A stretch of DNA of 64,000 nucleotides from Octopus sinensis. Taxonomy: Eukaryota. Position numbers and translations under genes: made by a program. Below the pieces are notes generated by a model that was given only the letters and a program-made list of their open reading frames with translations, was not told the origin of the DNA and did no database searches. Numbering within the stretch: the stretch's first letter is position 1; the number at the start of each line of letters is the position of its first letter. This document shows positions 25,229 to 36,950 of the stretch, one piece after another. The DNA is taken from the NCBI RefSeq assembly GCF_006345805.1, contig NC_043003.1, positions 12,524,001 through 12,588,000 of the forward strand, in the 5' to 3' direction.

Positions 25229-26816
25229 TCCTGAATATATCCAACCCATATAACTTTGTATTTCCAATGATATGCACTAAAAAAGACATCAGTACACTCT
25301 GCTAGTATATCATCATTCAGACGTGCGTGCACATGCATGCATGCATTCTGAATTCATCTCAAAACTGAGTAATTTCTTGGTAAATACATCTTCACTTAAC
25401 ATTGCATCTCTTGATTCCTTAATGTCTCCTTCCTTTGTTTCTTCTTTTGTAACTACAGCAGTCTCTGAGCCGCAGGACATTCCAAATCAGTGCCTATCTT
25501 CACTTAAATTCAATTTATCTGTTTTTTTTCTTGTTACTCATATTGTATCTCTCTTCTCAGACCCTGTATTAAATGCTTTATGTGATCCTTCCTCTTCAGA
25601 GCTACAATACATCAGGACTCCCTTCCAGCTATCAATTTTCTGATGTTTAAACAGAACCTCACCTTTTCCAACCTCATTAGGCTATTGTTATTCCCAATCC
25701 AAGATAATTCAAAATGTTATAAGTGCCTGTTCTTCTACCTCAGATAAATTAATAAAGACAATAAACACTGCAATAATACAACAGGTGACCAGTTAAGTAG
25801 TTTGAGTTAAAATAGTTAAATTTCCTAATTTTTAATCAGATGTTTGGCTTAGCTGTTAAGAGAGAGTTATCTTCAGGCTAAACTATTTTTCTGTCTATCT
25901 AATTTCGTTGACTCAACTTTCTTAGTTCAGTTTGTAAAAAAAAAATATATATTAAGTATTATAGAATAGAAAAGACTGTTAAATTTGGTCTACAATCTGA
26001 TTGTAATTATTTCACTTCATTCCACTTTTAATAATATCTGATAAGCATAAGTGTCACGCATATCATATTAGTAGTTAATATACTGTTTACTAATACCAAA
26101 TGTCTACCATAAGCTTATCTTCAGCTGTCTACAAGCATTGTAATGTGTCACTTTACTCTGTTTGCTTCAGTCTCACTGATAAGAATTAGCTACCAATCTT
26201 ACTCTGTGGTTGAACATTTTACTCATCAAAAATATTCATTTGCGAAGCAGTCATCTGTTATACTAATTCATGCAAATATCAGAATATGAAGAGCTTCAAT
26301 TTACAATTATATTTAAAATATTAAGAAAAAAAAAGTTTTATTTCTGTTCTTGTAACCCATTATACGAAATGTAATGGAGTTTTGTTCTCTGTAGTTATTA
26401 CTGGAGTTTGCTGTTATTCTCTCTTTGTTGTCTGTCACTATTAATTCCTCTCTCCATTTAAGATACTGAAACCAATTCAGACTTTTGCATGAATTACTGT
26501 AGCATATGTTTTACACTTAGAAAACATTTAGCAACTCCAACCATTAACCCTTGAGAGGGAGGTAGCAACTATTTTCAACGAGATTGACTTAAGAGAAGTA
26601 ACATACCACTCAGTGGTATGAACCAATTTGTTTAGATTATAAAAAAATAATAGAAGTTATCTGAGGAGAACATAACAGTGATTTCAGTAAATTTCCCCAA
26701 AGAAACTCAGGCATAATTTCTGAACGACAAATTATGCTGGAGTTAAGCATTTTCTTTTTCCTTTTTCTTTTCTCTTTTAATGAGATATTTGTCATTAAAC
26801 TTGATTTTTTTTCCAG

Positions 26817-26834
26817 AATGGAGATATTTCATGG
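26817..26834 (+). CDS. Candidate 18-nt microexon (NGDISW in phase 0)
   Basis: tttttttttccag acceptor, TGG|gtaagt consensus donor, open and in phase with flanking exons; no transcript evidence. Confidence 0.55.
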
Positions 26835-26918
26835 GTAAGTGTAAAGTGTGCTGGGCATCTGGACTATGAACAATATTAATCTAACTATTGCTGTTGCTTT
26901 CCTTGGGGGTCTTTCCAG

Positions 26919-27050
26919 AGTGGATCTTCTGCATGAAATTAATTGATCCAGCCAGGGTAAATGGTTGGCTGATTTTGCAGATATCCACACTAAAATCTGT
27001 CTTGGATGGCATTTCAGAAGAAGAAAATAAAAAAAGACTGTTTATTTTTA
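26919..27050 (+). other. Candidate alternative exon (terminal exon SGSSA-stop with AATAAA, or 38-nt internal exon ending at 26956)
   Basis: Branch-like ctaac 26881-26885, acceptor ctttccag, possible donor AGG|gtaaat at 26956, AATAAA 27026-27031 followed by U/GU-rich sequence. Confidence 0.4.
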
Positions 27051-28079
27051 ATAAGTCTTTTTTGGTTTCTAATTTGTAAACTTATATTTCTTGAACTACG
27101 TTAGAGAAAAAAACCAAGAAAATGAAAGCAACAAGTTTCTTCATTGTTTTCAGCACAGAAGTAAAATGATAATTAAAATACTTAATTTTTTTTTATATCT
27201 TGTTAAATTGTAATTTAGATATTACTTTACATGGTTATTATATTAACAGATGAAGTTTCTTGTTTCTTATCATTTGCTAAGAAATTTATTTCATTTATGC
27301 TGTTCAGCAAAAATTGCAAAAATTTCTTTTTTTTTTTTTAAATCTTCAACTGCTGTGTACAAATTTAATCCTGTTTATATTTCATCCATTTGTGTTTTTA
27401 TTTGTAACTTTGTAATTTTTCATTTAACAGAAGAGTATGTGTGTGTGTGAATACATTTGTATGTACTTGTATGTATGAATATATGTGTGCATACGTGTGT
27501 ATGTATAAAAATGTGTGTGTGTTGCTGTCTCCTTTCTTTGACATTGCATAATAGTTGTTTGCGAGTGGCACCATCATGCAAGCAGTATTCTTCATTTCCA
27601 ATCTTCTGACTTATGTCTGGTCATGGAGAAATATTACCTTATTTGGGAGCTAGTGAGGGTTGGCAACAAGAAGGGCCTCTGGCCATAGAAAACCTACCTC
27701 CACAAATTCAGTCTGACTCATGCAAGCATGGAAAAGTGAACATTAAACAATGATGATATAACTGTTCTTTGCTTACTGTTGTTTTAATGAATGCTCTGTT
27801 AATTATTGCAATTAAGTCTATTGTAACCATCCCTTAATTTTCACCTTATAAAGTAGTATTACCATGTTTTGAAAATGGTATGCAAATAGCTGCATGGGAT
27901 CTGCTGAGCCAACAACGTCTCCTCATCCTTGCCACTGTGCCTCTATTTCTTTTTAGTCTCAGGTGTGAACAGATGAGTTATACATTTATTTACAAATTTA
28001 CTTTGTCTTGAAATTCAAAAAAGAATTAACACACATGCACATGTTTGTGCTGTTCCTACATGAAAAATTGATGCTGTTG

Positions 28080-29340
28080 TAGAAATTACTAAAAGGAGAA
28101 AAAAAAAGTTATCTTTCTTGACATTAAACTTGACATTATTAAAATGTTTGATCATGGTGAAAAACTAAACTAAAGTTAGAAGTGAGTTAACAATACAAAG
28201 TATTTTGGGCAAAGTGAATTGATACAGGTGAAGATGAAGTAGCTTTCCCATCATTAAACCTGCAAATAATTGTTGAAATGGAAGATCTATTAATACTTCA
28301 GTTGGAAGATTTGTAACCAGAAGCAAATTCCAATAATTTTATGATTAAAATTCTTAACTTTTGTTCTTCATTGAAAGAAGACAAATATTAAGGTGCCGAT
28401 GAAGATGCTGCAGTTAAGTGTCTAGTTGGATGAAAGAAATTAAGAAAAGAAAATTATTTCAAAATTCTTGGAATTTTCAACATTAATGAAATTAGCCTTT
28501 TTTTTTTTTTGAAGAAATTGCCATTAAGGCACAAAAAGAAAATGACTCCCCCCATTAAGAATTGTCTTAGCAAAAACGAAGCATTGCAACCTGGTTACGA
28601 TACATCAAAAGATTGCTTAGCCCTTTTATTTGGGAGCAATTTTGAGCTGAAGTCAAAAGGAAAATTGATCAAACAATAAGCTCAAAGACTTTCAAAGGAT
28701 ACAACAAACAATCATTTCTAGTTATTTAGTGTTGAGATTAAAAAGTCATGGTTCTTGTTAGAAGATTATTTCATGTCCAGAAATTATAAAGCTATTGCTA
28801 GAAAAATGAGTAAGTTTTCAAAGTTCTTTTGATTCTTCATAGTGCCCTTGGTCATTCTTACTCAATTATTTTTGTACTAACGTCCATGTATTTTTACCTT
28901 AGGCCTATTCTATTCAACAAACTTTCTCATAGGCAACTGAAGTTACAACTGGACAAGGTATTATTACTCTTCAAGAATTTTGGAAATGATTTAACATCAA
29001 ACAAACAATTCAAAATGTTCACTAGCCATGAGAAGTGACAGCCACCTGTATCAGAGCAGTCTAGGATAATCCTATACGTAACTGAATGTCTTCTACTCTC
29101 AAAAATCTAGTAAACAAACTCAATGAAATTGCTATTATTAGAAGAAATCTTTGCTTCTTGGTTGTTGATTTGGTAAATATTTATGAATTGTTATCTTCAC
29201 ATTCAAAAGACTACGTGACAATGATTTCATTGAAATCATGTATCAACAGTCAACAACGAGCTTGTGAAGAAGAATGAAAGGAATTTTCAAAAAATGGAAA
29301 ATGTCTTGAAGGAATAAAACAGTGAAAGAACTTGAACTTT
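28080..29340 (+). pseudogene. Fossil Tigger/pogo-family transposase
   Basis: Interrupted translation gives KRRK..VIFLDIKLDIIKMFDHGEK (CENP-B-type N-terminus), IFNINE, PGYDTSKDCLALLFGSN and FKVLLILHSALGH (DDE-like motifs); many stops and frameshifts. Confidence 0.75.
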
Positions 29341-29354
29341 TGGTGTGGGTAATA

Positions 29355-29644
29355 CAGTTCTGTTTTTAAGAGATGAGGAATTATTTACATTTGACGGATA
29401 TTTGTCCTCAGGCATATGGCATAGTGGCTAAGAGCCATGGGCTACTAATCCCAAGATTCCAAGTTCAATTCCAGGCAGTGACCTGAATAATAATAATAAT
29501 AACATCGAAAAATACCTTAGGAATGATAACCCAGGTTCGAAAATTCCCAAAGACACCTGATGAAGGCTGGAGAGTAAATCAGCCGAAACGTTGTGTTAAC
29601 AACAAACAAGATGAGGACAAATATCTGTCAAATGTAAATAATGT
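29355..29644 (+). mobile_element. tRNA-headed, hammerhead-bearing element with inverted terminal duplication
   Basis: Inverted arms 29380-29410 and 29612-29642 (30/31 match), tRNA-like head 29411-29483, (TAA)n linker, hammerhead 29552-29597. Confidence 0.8.
29552..29597 (+). ncRNA. Minimal type I hammerhead ribozyme (Penelope-type)
   Basis: GACAC-CUGAUGA-A-GGCUG(loop)CAGCC-GAAA-C-GUU-GUGUU: stem I gacac/gtgtt, stem II ggctg/cagcc, palindromic ACGU stem III, predicted cleavage after 29592. Confidence 0.75.
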
Positions 29645-30635
29645 TTTCATGTAGGGTAGGGGTTATAGTAGTGTCAGTCAAACAACAAGTTATGGATATG
29701 GATCGTAGCATTGGCAGAAATATGATCCTTTGTTGAGGCTAATCAAAATTACTTGCTATTGCAAAATATATACAGTGGAGAAATGAGTTAAAACTGGTCA
29801 GTTGGCTCTTGATAAATTTTCCTCTTAAAAAAATGTTTAATGATAATTCTGAGTTGTTTATTATAATTTTGTTTTCTCCAGAATTAATTACAATTATTTT
29901 CATTGCATAATAAATTTCATTTGCATTGGGACCATCAGAGGATTAATTATTCAAATTAAAACAAGGGATAGCCATTAAAGGAGACAGACTCACATACACA
30001 GTTTTTAGAGTGTGTGTGTGGCGCGAGTACATGTGCATGTGTGTGTGTGTGTGAGATAAAAGTGTAGTGGTGGTTGTAATGAAAACGAGTAAAAGAAAAA
30101 GTTTTGCTGGTATGTGTGTGTAAATATGTGTGGATGATATGTGTTCTGCGTGGAGACTTTACTTAATGTGTATGTGCCCATACACATTAACATGAATTTA
30201 ATACATACATAAAGAAATAAGAATAAAGAAAAAGGAAAATAGAAGAGCTAGACGAGGAATTATGTTTAAATTTTGTGAATGACCAAGTTTGCATGTTTGT
30301 TTTTTTTTTCTTGGATGCGTTTCAAGAGCAACCTAACAAAAAAAATAAATAAATAAACAAACACTGCATATTTCTCTACAAACAACAGAATAAAGTAAGA
30401 CAAAAACAAAAAAAATAACATATTCAGTTTTAGATAAACCATAAATCAAAGCATGACAGAAACAATAAAGATCCAGATTAAATGCCTTGTTGTATTTAGT
30501 TTGATATTCTCTACATCCCAATTTCAAATACTACCAATGGCAGTTTTGCTTTACTAAGGTCAATCCTATATACTAACTTAAAAGTCCTGTTCTTGTTATC
30601 ATCTCTACGTACTACACTTTTAGGGTTTTGCTGTA

Positions 30636-30853
30636 CAGTAATCCCTCGCCACATCAGGATTCACCTATTGCAGTTTATTATTTAAGCCTACGCCGATTCC
30701 TCCATGGTGTTGTTTTGCATTTATAATAAAATAGATATGGGCAAATTATAAAAATGATTAAAAAAATATACAGTACTGTTTCTACTTCACAGATTTTCAC
30801 CTGTTGTGGGGTGGGGTTGGAACATAACACCCATGTTAGTCGAGGGCTTACGG
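30636..30853. mobile_element. Tigger-like MITE with TA target duplication
   Basis: ta|cagtaatccctcg ... cgagggcttacgg|ta imperfect TIRs. Confidence 0.75.
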
Positions 30854-31134
30854 TACTCCAGTCAGTTGGTGACTCCTTAAACATATTCATGGTTGCTATA
30901 TTTCTTGGCAACTTAGATGTGTAAACATCTAAAATTATACTCATTTCTTAGTAGAATTTAGTTTCAGTCTGTGGACCTCTAGGTTATGGGCCCAGCATGC
31001 TTCCACTGTACCACTCTGATCAACAAGTAATTAAATAAATATTTAATGTATTGTTTCTTTTATTGTCTATTCTGAGTTACATTACTTCTGTTACATCATC
31101 TAGCACATGTTATCTATCTCCATGCATTGGACTG

Positions 31135-31510
31135 TCATCATCATCATTGTTTAACGTCCGTTTTCCATGCTAGCATGGGTTGGACAGTTCGACCAGGGTC
31201 TGGGAAGCCAGAAGGCTGCACCAGGCTCCAGTCTGATCTGGCAGTGTTTCTACAGCTGGATGCCCTTCCTAACGCCAACCACTCTGAGTGTAGTGAGTGC
31301 TTTTTACGTGCCACCTGCATAGGTACCAGGCGAGGCTGGCAACGGCTACGATCGGTTGGTGCATTTTACGTGCCACTGACATGGAAGCCAGTCAAGGCGG
31401 CGCTGGCATCAGCCACATTCGGATGGTGCTTTTTACATCCCACTGGCACAGGGATCACAACTACAATTTCCTTTGATTTTTGATGTTGATGTACTTGACT
31501 CAATAGGTCA
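31135..31510 (-). mobile_element. SINE family C 3' part
   Basis: (CAT)n tail followed by family C body and internal units. Confidence 0.85.
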
Positions 31511-32202
31511 TGCGTACAAAAATGTCTCTTCATTTGTCCTTTACAGATCAGCTAGAAACAGAATAATTCTATAAATGTTTCCCAAGTGCAGTGTAGCAAG
31601 TGAGCTTCCTAGTAAAATATTCCATAAAAATGGAATAATTCCACCACAAGCAATTTGTGGCCTTTTACAAATTGTTATGATTCATATATCTCTTATGGCA
31701 TGGGCTCAGGCAAGGACAATTTATTCATTTATTTGAAGGCCAGCACTTATCTGTGCATGCCAGTTGCCTGTTATTTCCATTGATGCTGTGTAAAGGGAAG
31801 GATAAGCACCAATGTTATTGCAGGCATTGCCAAGAGATTGCAAAGGACAGAGCAAAGCATTTTGTGTTACTCTGTAACAATTCTGCTAATTCCCTTTATT
31901 TATTGACCCCCAAAAAGGTGAAAAGACAAGCTTAACCTTGGCAGAATTTTAATTCAGGCTGTAGAGTTTCATAATAAATACTGCAAGGCATGACCACTGA
32001 ATTTATGTTACAAGACCCCATGCTAAGCCTCTATTTTTATATTTCTATTTTTACTGTGTTCACTGAAGTTTGCTGATAACCACTCAGATAATATTTATGA
32101 AACTTTCTCTATTGTATATATGAAATTGTGTATATGTGTGTGTGTGTGTGTTAGTAATAAAGCATTGGAGAAGTTTATTAACTATCTCAGCAAATTTAAA
32201 CA

Positions 32203-32750
32203 TAGGCACAGTAGTGGCTGTGTGGTAAGTAGCTTGCTTACCAACCACATGGTCCCGGGTTCTCATCCCACTGCGTAGTACCTTGGGCAAGTGTCTTCTG
32301 CTATAGCATCGGGACAACCAAAGCCTTGTGTGTGGATTTGGTAGATGGAAACTGAAAGAAGCCTGTCATATATATATATGTCCCCGTTACTTAGCGGTTC
32401 AGCAAAAGAGACCGATAGAATAAGTACTGGGCTTACAAAGAATAAGTCTTGGGGTCGAGTTGCTTGATTAAAGGTGGTGCTCCAGCATGGCCACAGTCAA
32501 ATGACTGAAACAAGTAAAAGACTAAAAGACACATATATATATACATGTGTGTCTGTGTTTGTCCCTCAATCATCACTTGACAACTGATGTTGGTGTGTTT
32601 ACATCCCCATAACTTAGCATTTCAGGAAAAGAGACCGATAGAATAAGTAGTACTAGGCTTACAAAGAATAAGTTCTGGAGTCGATTTGTTCGACTAAAGG
32701 CAGTGTGGTGCTCCAGCATGGTCACCATCAAATGACTAAAAGAAACAAAA
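32203..32750 (+). mobile_element. SINE family B followed by second 3' half
   Basis: Head at about 32203; 3' region present twice (32380-32530 and 32545-32750). Confidence 0.85.
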
Positions 32751-34924
32751 AAATATCTTTACTCTAAAAGGATTATAGATGAAGTAAAAGATCAAGAGGC
32801 TAGAACATTGATCGGATAGTTTACAGGTTTATGGCTACAAAACTGTTAGGACACAGAAAAATCTGCAAATGTCTTGTGAGCCTTGGAATCATTGTCATGG
32901 GTTCTTTGACTCTTTCTATTTTCCTTTTTTTCTTTTTATTCTCATTTGTTTACATATGTATGCTTTGTATTTAAAACATTTTTCTAAAACCTAATTTTTT
33001 TAAAAAATGATGAAACAAAATTGAATTAATTATTTCAATTATACTTCTGAAATGTTATCATCATCCTCATTTGTCATAATCATTGGTCAAAACTAGCCAA
33101 GTCCATAGCCCACCCCAAACTTTACCGACTTTGCAGTTGACATTATCCATGCTGTGTTTCTCTAACAAATGCTTTGTCCCCTTAGCCCTGCTCTCCCACC
33201 TCTTTTATGTTATCTTTGAAGCCCCTTTCTAAACAACCCCTCTTTCTTTGTCTCTCACTCTCTCATTCCTTTTTATGTTTTCATGTACATTCTCTTGATA
33301 TTTACTTGGCTCTCCCCTCTCTACCTTTATTCCTATGCTTTTCTCCCTGATAACATTTAAATATCTTAGTACACTTCATTCCTTTTTTTTGTTCTTTTTC
33401 TAATTTTGTGATGTGTTTGTATTTGAAATTGGAGAAAGTTTTCACTTATTTGTTTGTTTCATACACACACTATACAGGAAAAACATTTTTTCCACATCAC
33501 TAGAAAGTGTAAAGAAAAGAGAAAGTTCAAAAATACAATTTAAGAAAATTCACTTCATAAAAATTTATTTGCAATTATGTAACTGGTTTCACAATTTTTT
33601 TCATTTTTATTGTTGGAAGTAACAGATGCTTTGTGAAACAGTTCTTCTGTTGAAAATTTAACAATGCATTACATTTTCAAATTTTAAGCATTATTATGCT
33701 GACATCAAATGGTCCATTAGCATTTCTATATTTTTATCTTCACATTTTGATCATTCAATTTCCAATCTTCTTCAATATTGGATGATTTACAAAATTTGTA
33801 TTCCTGAAATCTTAATAGAAAGATTGTTATGGTTCTACCTTGCAGGAAAATGAAAATTTTCTTATCAAAATGTAGCAAAAACTATTTGCTGAAATATATA
33901 TTCAGCAAATGTAGAATGTCCTAATCCTTTTCACAATATTTATGTCATTTAATTACACTGTCCCTATTTGTTATAAATTATAGCAAGGAGATTCATTGTT
34001 CTTATTTGGTAACAAATCCTGTTCAAAGGTATTTAGCAAAATACATGTATATAGGTAATGTTTATCTCCTTAAAAGTGGATGTTGTGTTAGAACACAAAA
34101 TACTGTTTTATTTATCATGAGACAACCTCTCATATAGACTTGTGGTGCATATAAGCACTTGGGTTTATATTGCTAGTGGGAGATAATTGTCCACTACTGC
34201 TGATAAATATTATCTTTTTATATTAATTATGCTTCTGTCACTATTAATTATTTCTTATATGTTTATATATACATAAGATTTGTATGTGTTTGTAAGAATT
34301 TCATTTTCGTTACATCTTAGTCTCCATACTCCCCTAACACAATTTTCAAAATGAAGATAGTTGTGACACTTTAAAGTCATTTATCTTTTAATGTCATTCT
34401 TTCTCATTCAGAAGTCAGTAACATCAGAATATTTGTTTAAAATGTGCAAATTGGTAAAACATGGTGATTTTAATTGATCTGATCTTTTCGTGCTTACACC
34501 ATCTTTATGATTAAAATCTCTTATTTCTAGTAAAACTAAGAATTAGCTGACTTCTCATTATCTTTTATAGCTTTCTACTTTCACTTTACTACCAAACGCA
34601 ATGAAGACTAGTGTGTGTGTGTTTTGTCATGAGATAGGGTAAAATAGATTGTGATTCTAGGCTTGAAGCTTTTTTTATTCGTCCTTGTAGCTGACTGCAC
34701 TCTTCAGTAAATTGAGAATATTTTCTTGAGTATAGTCTCTGATGACTATAGTCATCCGTGAGATCAACAGACTAAGATGTCAGGTTCAGATATGTAATGC
34801 TATTAACTAAATATATATCAGACTCTGCATACCTGCAGTACCAACTTATATTCAGTGCATTCATATTTTTCTGCTATAAAAGAAACAATGACATATGTAT
34901 GTTTGTACATTACATACATGAAGC

Positions 34925-35175
34925 AAAAGGTCAAAGCTCCTTCCTGAGTCATAGGCTCATAAGGCTGGTTTCCTGGATTCTGTGGCATATATGATCCTTC
35001 CCCTGGACAAGATGCCAGTCTGTCACAGGATTACTCATTTTTGCCAGCTGAATGAGCTGGAGCAATGTGAAATGAGGTGTATTGCTCAAGAACACAACAC
35101 ATTACCCAGTCCAGGAATCAAAACCCCACAATCTTACAATCATGAGTGCAACCCCCTAACCACTCAGCCACACAC
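34925..35175 (-). mobile_element. SINE family E
   Basis: Shared core ctggagcaatgtgaaatgaggtgtattgctcaagaacacaac. Confidence 0.7.
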
Positions 35176-36106
35176 ACACATGTACACATACTCACATATG
35201 TATGTGTATGCACAGATTAGGCACTATATTTTGTGAAAATTTAACATGTCAGTTAAACTTATTTTCTCCCTCATGCAGCTTGTCTCTCTTCTCATTACGC
35301 TCATTGTATCCTTCCAACCCCAGCCCTTTCTTCCCAGAACGTTGGCCCTCTAGAAACTCCCTCCTTCATCATATCTTTCCTACAGATGTTCACTTATAAA
35401 GGTTCGAGAAGAACATTAATGATATCAATCTCACTGGTCTTGGACAACCTCAAAAGCCTCAGCACTGCCCCTTTCTCTGAACTTAGGAAGTAAAAAACAC
35501 TAAAAAGAAAGGAAGCTATCTTAATTTAACAGAAAAATATGTCATTTGATATTCTCAAAACAACAACCAAATTTCCTTCATATCACACCTTACTGTCTTA
35601 GAATGTAAAATAACAAATGGGGAGTGTATCCACATTACTGTAGTAATGTGGTTACATCATATATATATATAAATGTTTTTTCTCAAGTTGTTTTTCTGGA
35701 GAGTAGATGTTAGGTGTATGCAATAATAATTAGGCTTGGTGTATGTAGGTTTTGGGAAGTAGTGATATATAGGTAGGGTATAGAATACACTCGGATGACA
35801 GTATGTTTGTAGGGTGTGTATTGGAAGATTTTGTATTGTTTGAATTGGGAATTATGTTATTGTTTAGAGTTCAGCCAAGCATGAAAATAACTGTACACAG
35901 GTGTACAAGTTATATATATCATCTTAACATGAATTATTGAGTCAAGCTATTCACAACTGTTATTCCACCAATTTATAACTTTCTTAGTTGTGTCTTTTAC
36001 TGTGTCTCAGCAAGGAGGTATGGCTTGTTAAACAACTCCAATGCAAATTATTAAAGGGGAGAGTAGTTTTTAAAAAAATATTCAAATAAATCAATAAAAA
36101 TTACCA

Positions 36107-36470
36107 TAGGCGCAGGAGTGGCTGTGTGGTAAGTAGCTTGTTTACCAACCACATGGTTCCGGGTTCAGTCCCACTGCGTGGGACCTTGGGCAAGTGTCTT
36201 CTACTATAGCCTCGGGCTGACCAAAGCCTTGTGAGTGGATTTGGTAGACAGAATATATGTGCGTTTGTATGTCTGTGTTTGTCCTCCTAGCATTGCTTGA
36301 CAACCGATGCTGGTGTGCTTATGTCCCCGTAACTTAGTGGTTCGGCATAAGAGACCGATAGAATAAGTACTGGGCTTACAAAAGAATAAGTCCCGGGGTC
36401 AAGTTGCTCGATTAAAGGTGGTGCTCCAGCATGGCCGCAGTCAAATGACTGAAACAAGTAATAGAGAGAG
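36107..36470 (+). mobile_element. SINE family B, young copy
   Basis: taggcgcaggagtggctgtgtggtaag head with CpGs largely intact; family B tail. Confidence 0.9.
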
Positions 36471-36757
36471 TATAGTTAAAAAAAAAAAAATCAAATTACT
36501 GAGGTTATTGTTTGGATGGAAACCTTTCTAGATTTTTTACCATTACTACACATTAAATATACTGGCCAACTTTTTTTGGGGAAAAAATAAATCTAACAGT
36601 GGTGATGCTGATAGCAAATGTTCGTAAGCTTCTTTTCTGGCATATTTAATATATTTGTAATATGAGAATAGCTTAAGAAAATGAATATTGCTGATTGATA
36701 TGAAAATGTATGGGAAAATGTCCAATTCAGTATTTTTATTGGTAACATGGAAAATGA

Positions 36758-36787
<30 letters not shown>

Positions 36788-36788
<1 letters not shown>

Positions 36789-36950
36789 GGGGGAGAGTTC
36801 ACGAAAAAAACAAAAGACGAAGACAGGTGGTGTACAAAGCAAACAGATGTATTAGTATAATGCTCAGGAATAGAAAAAGTCTTTTACGTTTTGAGCCTAC
36901 GCTCTTCTACAGAAAGGGACACAGAAAAAAAACAAGGAGAGAAAAAAATA
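36788..36950 (-). mobile_element. Probable Penelope-like terminal fragment with degenerate hammerhead-like motif
   Basis: Minus strand 36916-36881 reads cttt-ctgtaga-a-gagc-gtag-gctc-aaaa-c-gta-aaag; embedded between (TA)n tracts. Confidence 0.5.

Noticed and set aside
26602-26620. Perfect 9-bp palindrome cataccact-c-agtggtatg
   Set aside because: A single short palindrome can arise by chance in 64 kb; no assignable function
35670-36060. Possible decayed Penelope GIY-YIG fragment on the minus strand
   Set aside because: Only a vague compositional and motif resemblance across several frameshifts; cannot be supported without a search
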